This document shows positions 9,088 to 17,455 of a stretch of DNA of 64,000 nt, in pieces; the first letter of the stretch is position 1, and each line of letters begins with the position of its first letter. The notes under the pieces are model-generated. The model was given only the letters and a program-made list of their open reading frames with translations. It was not told the origin of the DNA and searched no databases. The position numbers were made by a program, and so were the translations under genes. Location: positions 4,706 to 68,705 of IMG/VR virus record IMGVR_UViG_3300027819_000011, one strand, 5' to 3'. Origin of the DNA: a virus (taxonomy: Duplodnaviria > Caudoviricetes).

Positions 9088-9408
9088 TCAACCGTTTGTC
9101 CTCTTTACTTCAAAAGACGAAATACACATTCCCTTGAGGCTGGTTTGTAGCAACTTCTTGAACTGCAAAGCAGCGATTGCGGCAAGATCGCCCTTTTTTA
9201 CTTGTGCCTTTAATTTTTTTCTTTCTGCCTTGAAATAAGCATCGGACCGTTTTCTCCATTCGGCATACAGCGACTGGTGGCGCGGGATGTAGTCGCCATG
9301 TGCAACACAAATTACCTCTCCGGGATATCTCGACCAATCCGTTATCTTGCCGAAATCTATTGTTTCATGAAAATCTTCGGTGCTCTTTTCGCTAAATATA
9401 TTTTTCAT
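9088..9408 (-). CDS. Hypothetical protein between TerL and portal
   Basis: ATG 9408 with purine-rich RBS; fills the intergenic gap. Confidence 0.5.
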   Translation of the reverse strand: MKNIFSEKSTEDFHETIDFGKITDWSRYPGEVICVAHGDYIPRHQSLYAEWRKRSDAYFKAERKKLKAQVKKGDLAAIAALQFKKLLQTSLKGMCISSFEVKRTNG

Positions 9409-9418
9409 CACACTTCCC

Positions 9419-11731
9419 CTAATATCCTGTAATCCCGACACTTGGCCGGTACTCCATCTTCTTGAATTGTGCCATGAAGCTCTTGTATCGTTTGTCCGAT
9501 TCTTCTTTTGCTCCTATATACATAGCAAGATATTGCAATGAATCGGCAATATGAGAACTAAAATTTTTTTCAGGAGCGGCCTTGTATTCTTCTGTAATTT
9601 TGCTTTTTAAATCTTTTTCGTAATGATAGCCGCCGTTCATAGCTCTTCTTAAATGTTTACACTGAGGGGATAGTACAAACCCCGGTTCTCCCTTCCAGTT
9701 TTTATTGAGAAATTTATCTACGGCATCAAGTCTTGCAACCATATTATTTGTATGTGCAGGCACTATATCGCTTAATCCAATTTCCTGACTATGTAAAATA
9801 TCAAAACACGTATCTTCGCTTGTCGGATTGCGGTTCGTTCCCGACATGTCTCCAAAACCAACGACCCTCATACCATAATATTTTGCTCTTAACCTCGGAA
9901 GAACTTGATTTTCTACAAACGGTCTAAACAAAGAACCCTCAGAAACTATTTCATCAATAATTCGCAATTGCCCCAGGGGAGTAATTTGTCCGATAGAAAC
10001 AGCCGGAGTCAACCCAAAATCCCAGCCCGTTATTAAATCCAATCCTTTTTCTGGTTCCAATATATGGGGCGCAACATGATAACCATCGCTGAAATTGCCA
10101 AAAACAGGTCTCCCCATCAAAGTAAAACCATATTGCCCATGTATATATACCCTGACATACATGGCATCTTTGCCCTTGGCCAGGTCGTTATAATAATTCT
10201 TTGCAAGATGTTTTGTGTTTTCGGCGTGAACAGAGAGCCCAGATGGCTGCTTAAATCCCTTCCAGTTATCGGGCTTTATAATTTCATTCATCTGATAAAT
10301 ATAGCTTCCTTCCTCTGGCGGATTAGTATCCATTATTATTCCTGCCCAGGTTGCCCATCCATCGCGCTCTGAAGGGTAACGATTTATACGGCCATCCATC
10401 GCCACTATGATTGCCTTGGGAATTTCACGTGCCTCGTTAAACCATGACCCCGTAAGTTCAAGTGAAAGAAGGTTTGATACCTGGTCTGGACGGTCGAGAG
10501 CACGAAACATAACTTCAATATGAACGCCGGGGAACTTGGTGATAAAATATGTATGATCTGTAACGCGATATTCCCCAAAAATAGAGGGAGGAAACCAGTC
10601 ATGGAAAGTTTTTATCGTCGTGTCTTTTAGCTGCCCGTATGAGTTTCTCACAACCGCCCACCTGGTACGCCTTATACCATCAGGAGACGGTGTCTGCTCA
10701 TGCGCCCTACGGATGATTTCCATGACCATGGCGCTCGATTTCCCAGAGTTGTGGTGGATCGTCCCGTCAGCCGTTACATAATTATTTGTATCCCCTACCT
10801 GCATATCCCAATAAATTTCCTTGACAGAAAGCCTGGTAACGGATAGAACAGTCCTATCGGATAGGGAGGGAGGTAAATATGAATGAAAAAACTGATAAAG
10901 TAATTTCTTTATATGATGGGAAACTTTCGTCTGTAGAGGTTGCCGCAATGGTCGGATTCTCGCCGCGACACGTGAGGAAGATAGCGAAAAAGTACAATCT
11001 TGATCGCTTGCATTGTGGTGCACAACCTCATGATAAGAACCACCAATTTGTTTCGGGTAGGCGTATTGACCCAGATGGATATGTCCTGGTAACGTGTCCG
11101 TCAGATCATCCATACGCACGCCAAAGAACAAACCGAATGGTGAAGCTAATATATGAGCATAGGCTGGCTGTGGAGCACAAGATCGGACGATATTTGCTTC
11201 CCGAAGAAGTTGTTGACCATATCGACACGCTAACCTTGCATAACGCACCAGATAATTTAAGATTCTTTTCTGGAAACGGAGAACACCTTCACGAAACGAT
11301 ACAGGGAATTCCGAAAAAAATCTCCCTGAGCGGGAAGCAGAATATCCGCCTAAAATATCACCAGCCCGAAGGGTGGAAACGAGTTGATATTTATTATCAG
11401 CGCAGAAAACGCGGTGATGTCCGGCTGCGTCAAATTCTCCTTGCGGCGTCACGACTCGGTATAGATAGTCCATACCTTTTGGGAACGACTTACTGGCTAA
11501 AGAAAGCTGGAATTTTCCCACTGACTGATTCCACGATAGAACGCGCATTGGCTGAGTTATATCAGCGATGGGAAGCGGACCTCGCTCAGTAAGAACCAAG
11601 GTGCTCCCGGCAATACACCCAAATGGTCCTTGTACGCAGCGCATCCTCGTATTATCCAAGGCAAACTTCCGCAAAGTCGGCGCATCCGAATAATCGTACA
11701 AAACCTGAAATGCCTTCTTTGCTTCCGCCAT
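9419..11731 (-). CDS. terL: Terminase large subunit precursor interrupted by an intein (770 aa; about 480 aa after splicing)
   Basis: Split Walker A VQGPFG|SGKS, 'RWAVVRN', Walker B 'WFNEAREI', 'MDTNPP', nuclease 'GWDFGLTPA' and 'SHIADSLQY'. Confidence 0.95.
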   Translation of the reverse strand: MAEAKKAFQVLYDYSDAPTLRKFALDNTRMRCVQGPFGCIAGSTLVLTERGPLPIADITQPMRVLSWNQSVGKFQLSLASKSFPKGMDYLYRVVTPQGEFDAAGHHRVFCADNKYQLVSTLRAGDILGGYSASRSGRFFSEFPVSFREGVLRFQKRILNYLVRYARLACRYGQQLLREANIVRSCAPQPAYAHILASPFGLFFGVRMDDLTDTLPGHIHLGQYAYPKQIGGSYHEVVHHNASDQDCTFSLSSSRVAARIRPLRQPLQTKVSHHIKKLLYQFFHSYLPPSLSDRTVLSVTRLSVKEIYWDMQVGDTNNYVTADGTIHHNSGKSSAMVMEIIRRAHEQTPSPDGIRRTRWAVVRNSYGQLKDTTIKTFHDWFPPSIFGEYRVTDHTYFITKFPGVHIEVMFRALDRPDQVSNLLSLELTGSWFNEAREIPKAIIVAMDGRINRYPSERDGWATWAGIIMDTNPPEEGSYIYQMNEIIKPDNWKGFKQPSGLSVHAENTKHLAKNYYNDLAKGKDAMYVRVYIHGQYGFTLMGRPVFGNFSDGYHVAPHILEPEKGLDLITGWDFGLTPAVSIGQITPLGQLRIIDEIVSEGSLFRPFVENQVLPRLRAKYYGMRVVGFGDMSGTNRNPTSEDTCFDILHSQEIGLSDIVPAHTNNMVARLDAVDKFLNKNWKGEPGFVLSPQCKHLRRAMNGGYHYEKDLKSKITEEYKAAPEKNFSSHIADSLQYLAMYIGAKEESDKRYKSFMAQFKKMEYRPSVGITGY
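10821..10849 (+). promoter_or_regulatory. Sigma70-like promoter antisense within the intein, upstream of the HNH ORF
   Basis: TTGACA(10821-26)-17 bp-TAGAAC(10844-49), then GGAGGT RBS (10869-74) and ATG 10879. Confidence 0.6.
10879..11592 (+). CDS. HNH homing endonuclease encoded antisense, wholly inside the intein
   Basis: N-terminal HTH (LSSVEVAAMVGFSPRHVRKIAKK), 'GRRIDPDGYVLV', HNH_3-type 'YEHRLAVEHKIGRYLLPEEVVDHIDTLTLHNAPDNLRFF'; strong RBS. Confidence 0.88.
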   Translation: MNEKTDKVISLYDGKLSSVEVAAMVGFSPRHVRKIAKKYNLDRLHCGAQPHDKNHQFVSGRRIDPDGYVLVTCPSDHPYARQRTNRMVKLIYEHRLAVEHKIGRYLLPEEVVDHIDTLTLHNAPDNLRFFSGNGEHLHETIQGIPKKISLSGKQNIRLKYHQPEGWKRVDIYYQRRKRGDVRLRQILLAASRLGIDSPYLLGTTYWLKKAGIFPLTDSTIERALAELYQRWEADLAQ

Positions 11732-12415
11732 CTATTCCGCCATATTGCAAAACTCGACGCTTGTAAGTTTCGTCTGCCTTGACAACCAATTCCGCAGGCC
11801 GTCTGGCCGTCTGGCCTGGTACTCAAGCCGGTGGTTAAGGTGAATCTCAATCCCCATGTAGTCCACACGGGGCAAAACCGTGCAGGGGTACAGGACTTCA
11901 TATTCCATGCCCTCCACATCCATCTTGAGAAACCGGCACCTGTCTATCCCGTAAAGGTCAAATATTTCGTCAAGCCGCTTGACCGATATGGGCTGACGGT
12001 AATGGTGATCCGGGTTGAATTCGCATAGAGACGTTGAGCCTCCGGAGTGGTCTTTCGATACATTCACAGTAGCCGTCATCTCCCCCGGCTTGCCAACTCC
12101 GATATTGTAGCACGATATGTTTTCGCAGGCGTTCAGGCCGACGTTGTGCATGAGCTGCGTAAAAGTGCGCGGCACCGGCTCCAGGGCGATAACTCTGGCC
12201 TGCGGAAACAGCTTGGCCATCAAGATGCTGAACATGCCCTCGTTGGCGCCGATATCCAGGATAACGTCGCCTTTGCGAAACTCGATATTTTCCTTCAGCA
12301 CGCAGTAGTTGTCCCCGAACACCTCTTTAATTAAGTCCTGCGCGTCGATGCTGGGGTGAAAATAAAAGTCGTGGTCCCTGAACCGGTGAACAATGATGTC
12401 CTCAACCTCTCCCAT
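11732..12415 (-). CDS. FkbM-family SAM-dependent methyltransferase
   Basis: 'VILDIGANEGMFS', 'VIALEPVP', 'FLKMDVEGMEYEVL' FkbM motifs. Confidence 0.9.
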   Translation of the reverse strand: MGEVEDIIVHRFRDHDFYFHPSIDAQDLIKEVFGDNYCVLKENIEFRKGDVILDIGANEGMFSILMAKLFPQARVIALEPVPRTFTQLMHNVGLNACENISCYNIGVGKPGEMTATVNVSKDHSGGSTSLCEFNPDHHYRQPISVKRLDEIFDLYGIDRCRFLKMDVEGMEYEVLYPCTVLPRVDYMGIEIHLNHRLEYQARRPDGLRNWLSRQTKLTSVEFCNMAE

Positions 12416-12426
12416 ATCGTCTCCCT

Positions 12427-13098
12427 CTAAACGGATTCCGCTACCCTCATTAACTGTTCCGGCGTGTCGTTTCTCCCCGCCGCCTGTGCTTCCGTGTTGC
12501 CCTCATAAGCCCCGCTGTCCGGGTCAATGGCGTTCCTGATCTGCTTCATGTCGATGGTCTTGTCCTCGCCTTCACATGGGAAAAACTTCTTCTCGTCTTC
12601 CAGGCCCTTCAAAACCACGAAGAAATTCTGTGTCTGAGGACCGCCTCCAGGGCCTTCCCCCGACTTCCTGATGCTTGCCGCCACGAGGCTGGTTTCCACC
12701 TTCACCAACTCTTTCACCATAGACTTGAATTCGGCATCGGACTTCATGAGTTCAAGCAGGCGGGAACGGCCTTTCTTGCCGTTTGGACCAATGGAAAAAC
12801 GATAGGCATGCCGTAGGTCTTGAAGCATCTGGTAGGCGAGTTTAACGTCACCGTCGGGTTCTTCTGTCTTGGGTTTTGCTGCTTGGGTTGCTGCCTTTTC
12901 CGGCTTCGGGTTGTCGGGGCCGTGTTCGGCTGCCTTGTTAGCCGCGGCCAACCTTTTAGCGGCTCTTGCCGCCTGCGCTTTTTTCAGATTTACCAGGCGT
13001 TTCTCTTTCCAGGTCAAGTCCTTCTGGATTTTCTCCGGGTTGAAGTTGTCGGTGATTTCGGCGTCCTTGTAGGGACGGCCTCCGAGACGGGTGGTCAT
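12427..13098 (-). CDS. Putative terminase small subunit
   Basis: Basic N-terminus, helical core, two genes upstream of TerL; positional inference only. Confidence 0.45.
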   Translation of the reverse strand: MTTRLGGRPYKDAEITDNFNPEKIQKDLTWKEKRLVNLKKAQAARAAKRLAAANKAAEHGPDNPKPEKAATQAAKPKTEEPDGDVKLAYQMLQDLRHAYRFSIGPNGKKGRSRLLELMKSDAEFKSMVKELVKVETSLVAASIRKSGEGPGGGPQTQNFFVVLKGLEDEKKFFPCEGEDKTIDMKQIRNAIDPDSGAYEGNTEAQAAGRNDTPEQLMRVAESV

Positions 13099-13331
13099 AG
13101 GCGACTCTCGCCCAGGGGGGTGAAGTCAACAATTATGAAATCTCCCTCGGCAGGCACCCACCGGGGATCGTCTGCAACGGGGGCTTCCGCCTCGCTCTTT
13201 CTAATTTCCATCTCGCCGTACATTACGAGCGCGCCCTTTCCATTTTTCCGGGTAAAATATGCCCGATAACCTTCCGGCGCCGGATACACAAAAGCGGTCT
13301 CGCCGAAGTTGATCTTGCTATCTGGTTCCAT
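13095..13331 (-). CDS. Hypothetical protein
   Basis: 78-aa ORF, GAGG RBS, 4-nt overlap with the next gene. Confidence 0.55.
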   Translation of the reverse strand: MEPDSKINFGETAFVYPAPEGYRAYFTRKNGKGALVMYGEMEIRKSEAEAPVADDPRWVPAEGDFIIVDFTPLGESRL

Positions 13332-13378
13332 ACAACCTCATCCTCTCGCCTTCCCGGGTGACTTTAACCATGCCCATA

Positions 13379-13735
13379 CTAAACTAATTTCCGGCCACTG
13401 CTTACATCCGCCGCAATTTTAACGCCGGGGACAAAGGTAAGGGCCTCCGCCAAAGAATAGGTGCCGTCGATATTGCGCTGCTGGGTAGTAACCTGTACGA
13501 TGCAGCCGTGTGGAGTCTGGCATGCTTTTGTGCTTTTCATCCATCCCTCGGCCTGGCTCGACGCCTTACAGAGCAGTTGGAACATATCTCCATTACCGAC
13601 AACCACAATGTCCTTGACATTTTTCTTGGCTCCGGATACATCTGAATTATGGAGAGTCTTTGGTTTGAATTCCGAAACGTTCCCATGACCCCTTAAGTCC
13701 CTTACCTCAAAAGCCTCTGTACTTTTCTTTGTCAT
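13379..13735 (-). CDS. Conserved hypothetical phage protein
   Basis: 'EGWMKSTKA...GCIVQVTTQQ...AEALTFVPGV' is a recurrent phage motif; GGAGG RBS. Confidence 0.7.
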   Translation of the reverse strand: MTKKSTEAFEVRDLRGHGNVSEFKPKTLHNSDVSGAKKNVKDIVVVGNGDMFQLLCKASSQAEGWMKSTKACQTPHGCIVQVTTQQRNIDGTYSLAEALTFVPGVKIAADVSSGRKLV

Positions 13736-13750
13736 TTGTTCTCCCTCCCT

Positions 13751-14185
13751 TTAAGTTCTTTCAGATAATGGACGCATTCGCTCTCCGTCCCACGTCACCT
13801 TGACGCCCCTCTTTTCAACCCTTGTCGCCTTCCTCGCAGGCCCACGCTGGACATAAGTCTTTGGTTTTGGGTCTATCCAGTTGGACTTGTCCAGCAAAAA
13901 GTAAACGTTCTTTTCTCCCCTTGTGCGGCTGACATGAATTATACGAAAGGCTTCAAGGGTCTTTATCCCCCCGATAACCCTTCGCTTCGTTATCCCCATC
14001 TTATCAGCCATAAGCTGCTCAGAAGGAAAACACGACTGATCCCTACTGGAATGACGGCACAAGACCATATAGACAAGTGTGGCAGATTGACCGCATTTCT
14101 TCGCCCATCCATTCAGATAGGCATCGTCAACCATGAAAAACTTCTCCCGAAGGTCTCTTACCTCAAATTCCTCGTTTTTCTGCAT
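13751..14185 (-). CDS. Winged-HTH DNA-binding protein (HTH_36 / replication-initiator N-terminal type)
   Basis: 'FFMVDD...ATLVYMVLCRH...CFPSEQLMADKMGITKRRVIGGIKTLE...IIHV'; first sizeable gene of the packaging operon. Confidence 0.75.
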   Translation of the reverse strand: MQKNEEFEVRDLREKFFMVDDAYLNGWAKKCGQSATLVYMVLCRHSSRDQSCFPSEQLMADKMGITKRRVIGGIKTLEAFRIIHVSRTRGEKNVYFLLDKSNWIDPKPKTYVQRGPARKATRVEKRGVKVTWDGERMRPLSERT

Positions 14186-14920
14186 ACTTACTCCTAACCA
14201 GTGTCTCTAATCGTACCAGTACCGCCAGAGCACCACGAAGGGTATCTACTTAACAGCCTTTTCAAGGGAATGATAAAACCTGAACTCTCTTTGACGGAAA
14301 CCAGCATCACGATCTCCTTACGATAGACAGCTTCTATAGCAGATATTCCGGTTTGTCAAGATATTTTTGGGTGACACCCTTTTTAGCAAGGAGGAATGAA
14401 AGCGGGTTATCCCCTACCCTCTTGGGAAGGGACTACTTTTGGAAGGGAGGGTTAGTAGCGCAGGTAGTAGGGGGATAGAAACTTCTGGCCCCGGCTGACA
14501 CAACAACCGGGTCATGGGGGAGGGGTCTGGGTAAGCATTCTTTTTCTGGGGGCTGGAATCGTGCTACGCTTCACGTCCTGATAATGACGGGGATAATGTT
14601 ACGATTCCCCTCCACTTCGCCAATTACTACATATATTCAGGTAGTTACCAGGTGGCACAAAGTTTACAGTTGGTTTACAGAAGCACTGTTATCAGACCTT
14701 GTCTCGTGGCTGGGTGTATGGAAACCACATAAAGTGGAGGACAATGCCAGTTTTGAGGGGCACAGTGGAGGGGATCAGAAAGCCGCAGGTATGACAAATC
14801 ATCATACCGGAGTAAGTAGATAGGGTTAGTGGTACATTCTGCGTCCTCTCTTTACCCTTATCCCCTTGTTTCCATTTCCTTACTTACTTGGTAGTCAAAG
14901 CCATACACCTTTCATTGCTA

Positions 14921-14956
14921 ACCTTGCAAAATGCAAGGTCTGGATACTTTGTATCC
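14921..14956. repeat. Two adjacent inverted repeats in the non-coding control region
   Basis: ACCTTGCA-aaa-TGCAAGGT (14921-39) and GGATAC-ttt-GTATCC (14942-56). Confidence 0.6.
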
Positions 14957-15166
14957 ACTTCTCTATATGAACGCACATCGTCATAGATCGTTCCGATAGC
15001 TCTCATTCAATCTATCAATGTCTCACGTCCTGGGGATAGCGTGGTACCGGGGTGATTGCATGGCCTACGCTTGCCCGTTATGCGGGCGCTCGGCTCGGCG
15101 GTATTCTGATTAGTTGACATAACTATGCCTTAAAATATCAGTATTGTGCCTATACCATTTCGAGCT

Positions 15167-15266
15167 GTGCGATAACTGCACAAAGCGTGCGATACGTGCA
15201 CTACCTAATTGATAGGTAATTCAGGCAATTACGCCATTTCTCTTAAAATCCGTGCGATACCTGCAC
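15167..15266. repeat. Three copies of the 15-bp palindrome GTGC-GATANNT-GCAC
   Basis: 15167-81 GTGCGATAACTGCAC; 15187-201 GTGCGATACGTGCAC; 15252-66 GTGCGATACCTGCAC. Confidence 0.8.
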
Positions 15267-15582
15267 GATAAATAGGGGTGAAACCGTGCGGATTGCCTGC
15301 CATGCCATACCCCTGAAAATAATTAAAAATATATTACTTAGCGATATTGCATAGTTACGGCTTATTCTCCATTATTATGATAATATGGCATGAATACCGC
15401 ATACATCAATAATCGAAAACAGCAACACAGGCACCTTGAAAACAGAATATAGACCGCCAGAACATACGGAAAAGGGAAGCAGAGTGCGCCAGACGCCTTC
15501 AGGGACCGCCGGGAATGGGAGAGCGGGAAACTGACTAACAGGTAGTACGCTGCCCTTATCATAGACTTTATGGGAGGGTATT

Positions 15583-15777
15583 ATGAAAAGCACGATTTAC
15601 ACTATCAGAGAACTTAGTAACATGATCGCAAAAAACGTAAAGTGCCCAATTTGCCATAAATATACGCCAACCTTACGAAATGAATGCGGTATATCAGTCT
15701 CGGAGGCCGGAGCACGATTGCTTGAAACAGGAATTTGCCCTGATCATGGGGTACAAACAAAATATTCAGTTCTTTAA
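15583..15777 (+). CDS. Small early protein with a CxxC-containing Zn motif
   Basis: GGGAGG RBS; 'KCPICHK...ICPDHG'. Confidence 0.6.
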   Translation: MKSTIYTIRELSNMIAKNVKCPICHKYTPTLRNECGISVSEAGARLLETGICPDHGVQTKYSVL

Positions 15778-15864
15778 CCATCATAAGGGTAGCGCAATGC
15801 CTGTTAGTCGAAATACCTGATAGGTAGTACCGCCTGCCCGTACCAACTGTATGGGGAGGTGACT

Positions 15865-16068
15865 ATGTTACGAATAAATACCATGACGATACTAAAAACG
15901 CGCAACATTATCCGTAGGCATTACGGCATTAAGGGCGCTCAAGAAATTAGTGCAAAGGAAGTACAGGCAGAGCTTGAAAACATGAACAGGCGTAAAACGG
16001 CAGGGACGCTTGATGATTTTTATGAATTGCTTTATCACAAGTGCGAACAGGCTATTGAAAATATGTAA
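15865..16068 (+). CDS. Small early hypothetical protein
   Basis: GGAGGT RBS before ATG 15865. Confidence 0.55.
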   Translation: MLRINTMTILKTRNIIRRHYGIKGAQEISAKEVQAELENMNRRKTAGTLDDFYELLYHKCEQAIENM

Positions 16069-16244
16069 CGCTTACGGGCAGACGATAGTGCCTATCAGGG
16101 CAAATAAAATGAAGGTGAGACATGGAAGCAACAATATTTTGGATGTACATGATAATTTTCGTCGGTTTGGCATGGGGACTATACCGCGCCACGAGGTAAT
16201 AACCACTAACGGGTCCGCACCCTACGCGGAGAAAAGAGGAGAAC

Positions 16245-16427
16245 GTGAAACTGAGCGACGTAAAACGACTCATGCCGGTATATTACCGCCGTGCCAATGG
16301 CGATACCGTACCGGCTACAGTCTACCGGATCGGCATGAGCAAGGTATGGATTTACGGGAATTTCACCGACGGAAATTATCACCGATGGGTGAAACCAGAA
16401 AACCTTGAACCTCAAACACAGGACTAA
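16245..16427 (+). CDS. Small early hypothetical protein
   Basis: GAGGAG RBS before GTG; 60 aa. Confidence 0.5.
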   Translation: MKLSDVKRLMPVYYRRANGDTVPATVYRIGMSKVWIYGNFTDGNYHRWVKPENLEPQTQD

Positions 16428-16621
16428 CCAACCGGGGCGACCCAGAAAGAAGGTGAGCACATGAAACCAGAAAATTGCATCAATGATTGTCCGGGTTGCG
16501 GCATGACGTTTGCGCCGGATGTGGTACTCTGCCCGTTAAATGTTTTTGACGGCTGGGAGGTTGGGCGGGAGCTGGAGCCTTGGGAGTGGGAAATCCTAAA
16601 GAGCCGAAGGGAGGGGAAAGC

Positions 16622-16885
16622 ATGAGAGGCGTGGAAGAAATGACAAGGGTTGAAGGCATACAAATCATAGGGGAACTCCTTGAGCAAGCGGCAAAGCTTG
16701 CGCCGAAATATCCCCCGTTGACGACCTATAAAATCACCTACGGAAACGGAATGACGACCGTTACCAGCATGGCGGCGGGCATTACCCTTGATGAGGCACG
16801 GGCATATTATATCGGGCAGTGGTTTGATCTCGGGATTAACGACCGGGAGGACATGCAGCAGGCGGTGGACGTGGAGGAGATATGA
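16622..16885 (+). CDS. Conserved early phage protein
   Basis: 'TSMAAGITLDEARAYYIGQWFDLG...DM' pattern seen in phage early genes; ATG 16622 after GAGGG. Confidence 0.6.
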   Translation: MRGVEEMTRVEGIQIIGELLEQAAKLAPKYPPLTTYKITYGNGMTTVTSMAAGITLDEARAYYIGQWFDLGINDREDMQQAVDVEEI

Positions 16886-17217
16886 GAGACGAGGCACGGG
16901 ACAAAAGACTGGCAATAGCGGTAAATATCTTGCAGCAATTAGGAGGGAGTCGGTTTAAGACAATGACAGGAGCTAAGAATTTCTTGGCAGGTGACGATTA
17001 TCTGAGCTTTAAATTGCCTTCCCGCCTTGCCAAAAACGGCATAAATTATGTAAAGATAACCCTTACGGAAATGGATGTTTACATTGTCTTTTTCGGCAAG
17101 ATCATCAAACGGAAAACCGGCTGGCAATGTGACGAGGTCGCGGTATGGACGGACGTTTACAATGACGGACTTCAGCGGGCCTTCGCAAAAGAAACGGGAC
17201 TCGACACTCACCTTTAA
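16882..17217 (+). CDS. Conserved phage/plasmid early hypothetical protein
   Basis: 'ILQQLGGSRFKTMTGAKNF...LSFKLP...NGINYVKITL...DVY...LQRAFAKETGL' is a widespread mobile-element family; function not recalled. Confidence 0.75.
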   Translation: MRDEARDKRLAIAVNILQQLGGSRFKTMTGAKNFLAGDDYLSFKLPSRLAKNGINYVKITLTEMDVYIVFFGKIIKRKTGWQCDEVAVWTDVYNDGLQRAFAKETGLDTHL

Positions 17218-17242
17218 CCGCCCACGGGCAGGAAGGAACGCC

Positions 17243-17419
17243 ATGACGAACGACGAACATCGATGGTTTGAACAGGGCCGAGATTACTAGATACACTACC
17301 AGAAAAATAACGGCTATGCCTTCCGGCCAAACGAGGAAGGGCTTAAAAAGCTATCCAGGAACATTGACATCAATATCCCTTGGCTGAAAAAGTGCATCAA
17401 CATTTTTCTGGAAGCATAA
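17243..17419 (+). pseudogene. 58-codon early ORF interrupted by an in-frame TAG at codon 16
   Basis: MTNDEHRWFEQGRDY*IHYQKNNGYAFRPNEEGLKKLSRNIDINIPWLKKCINIFLEA; RBS GGAAGGA; TAG at 17288-90. Confidence 0.55.
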
Positions 17420-17455
17420 CCCACAAACAATATTTGTAAGTTAAGGAGGATTGAC

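Larger units (their letters stand above)
10748..11617 (-). mobile_element. Intein, 290 aa, inserted in the TerL Walker A motif
   Basis: Begins Cys1 (CIAGSTLVLTERG), block B-like 'DAAGHHRVF', block F 'IYWDMQVGDTNNYV', ends His-Asn (IHHN) followed by Ser+1 (SGKS). No LAGLIDADG or HNH motif in frame. Confidence 0.93.

Noticed and set aside
9921-9929. Third copy of the late leader (GGTCTAAAC)
   Set aside because: Only 9 nt, opposite orientation, inside terL coding sequence, with no GAGCCA or terminator.
10748-11617. TerL insertion as a group I intron or simple gene fusion
   Set aside because: The insertion is in frame (870 nt) with Cys1, penultimate His, terminal Asn and Ser+1, which is intein anatomy; removing it restores GPFGSGKS exactly.
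14333-14359. Sigma70 promoter for the packaging operon
   Set aside because: Perfect TTGACA on the minus strand but only 15 bp to TATAGA; plausible but too weak to call.
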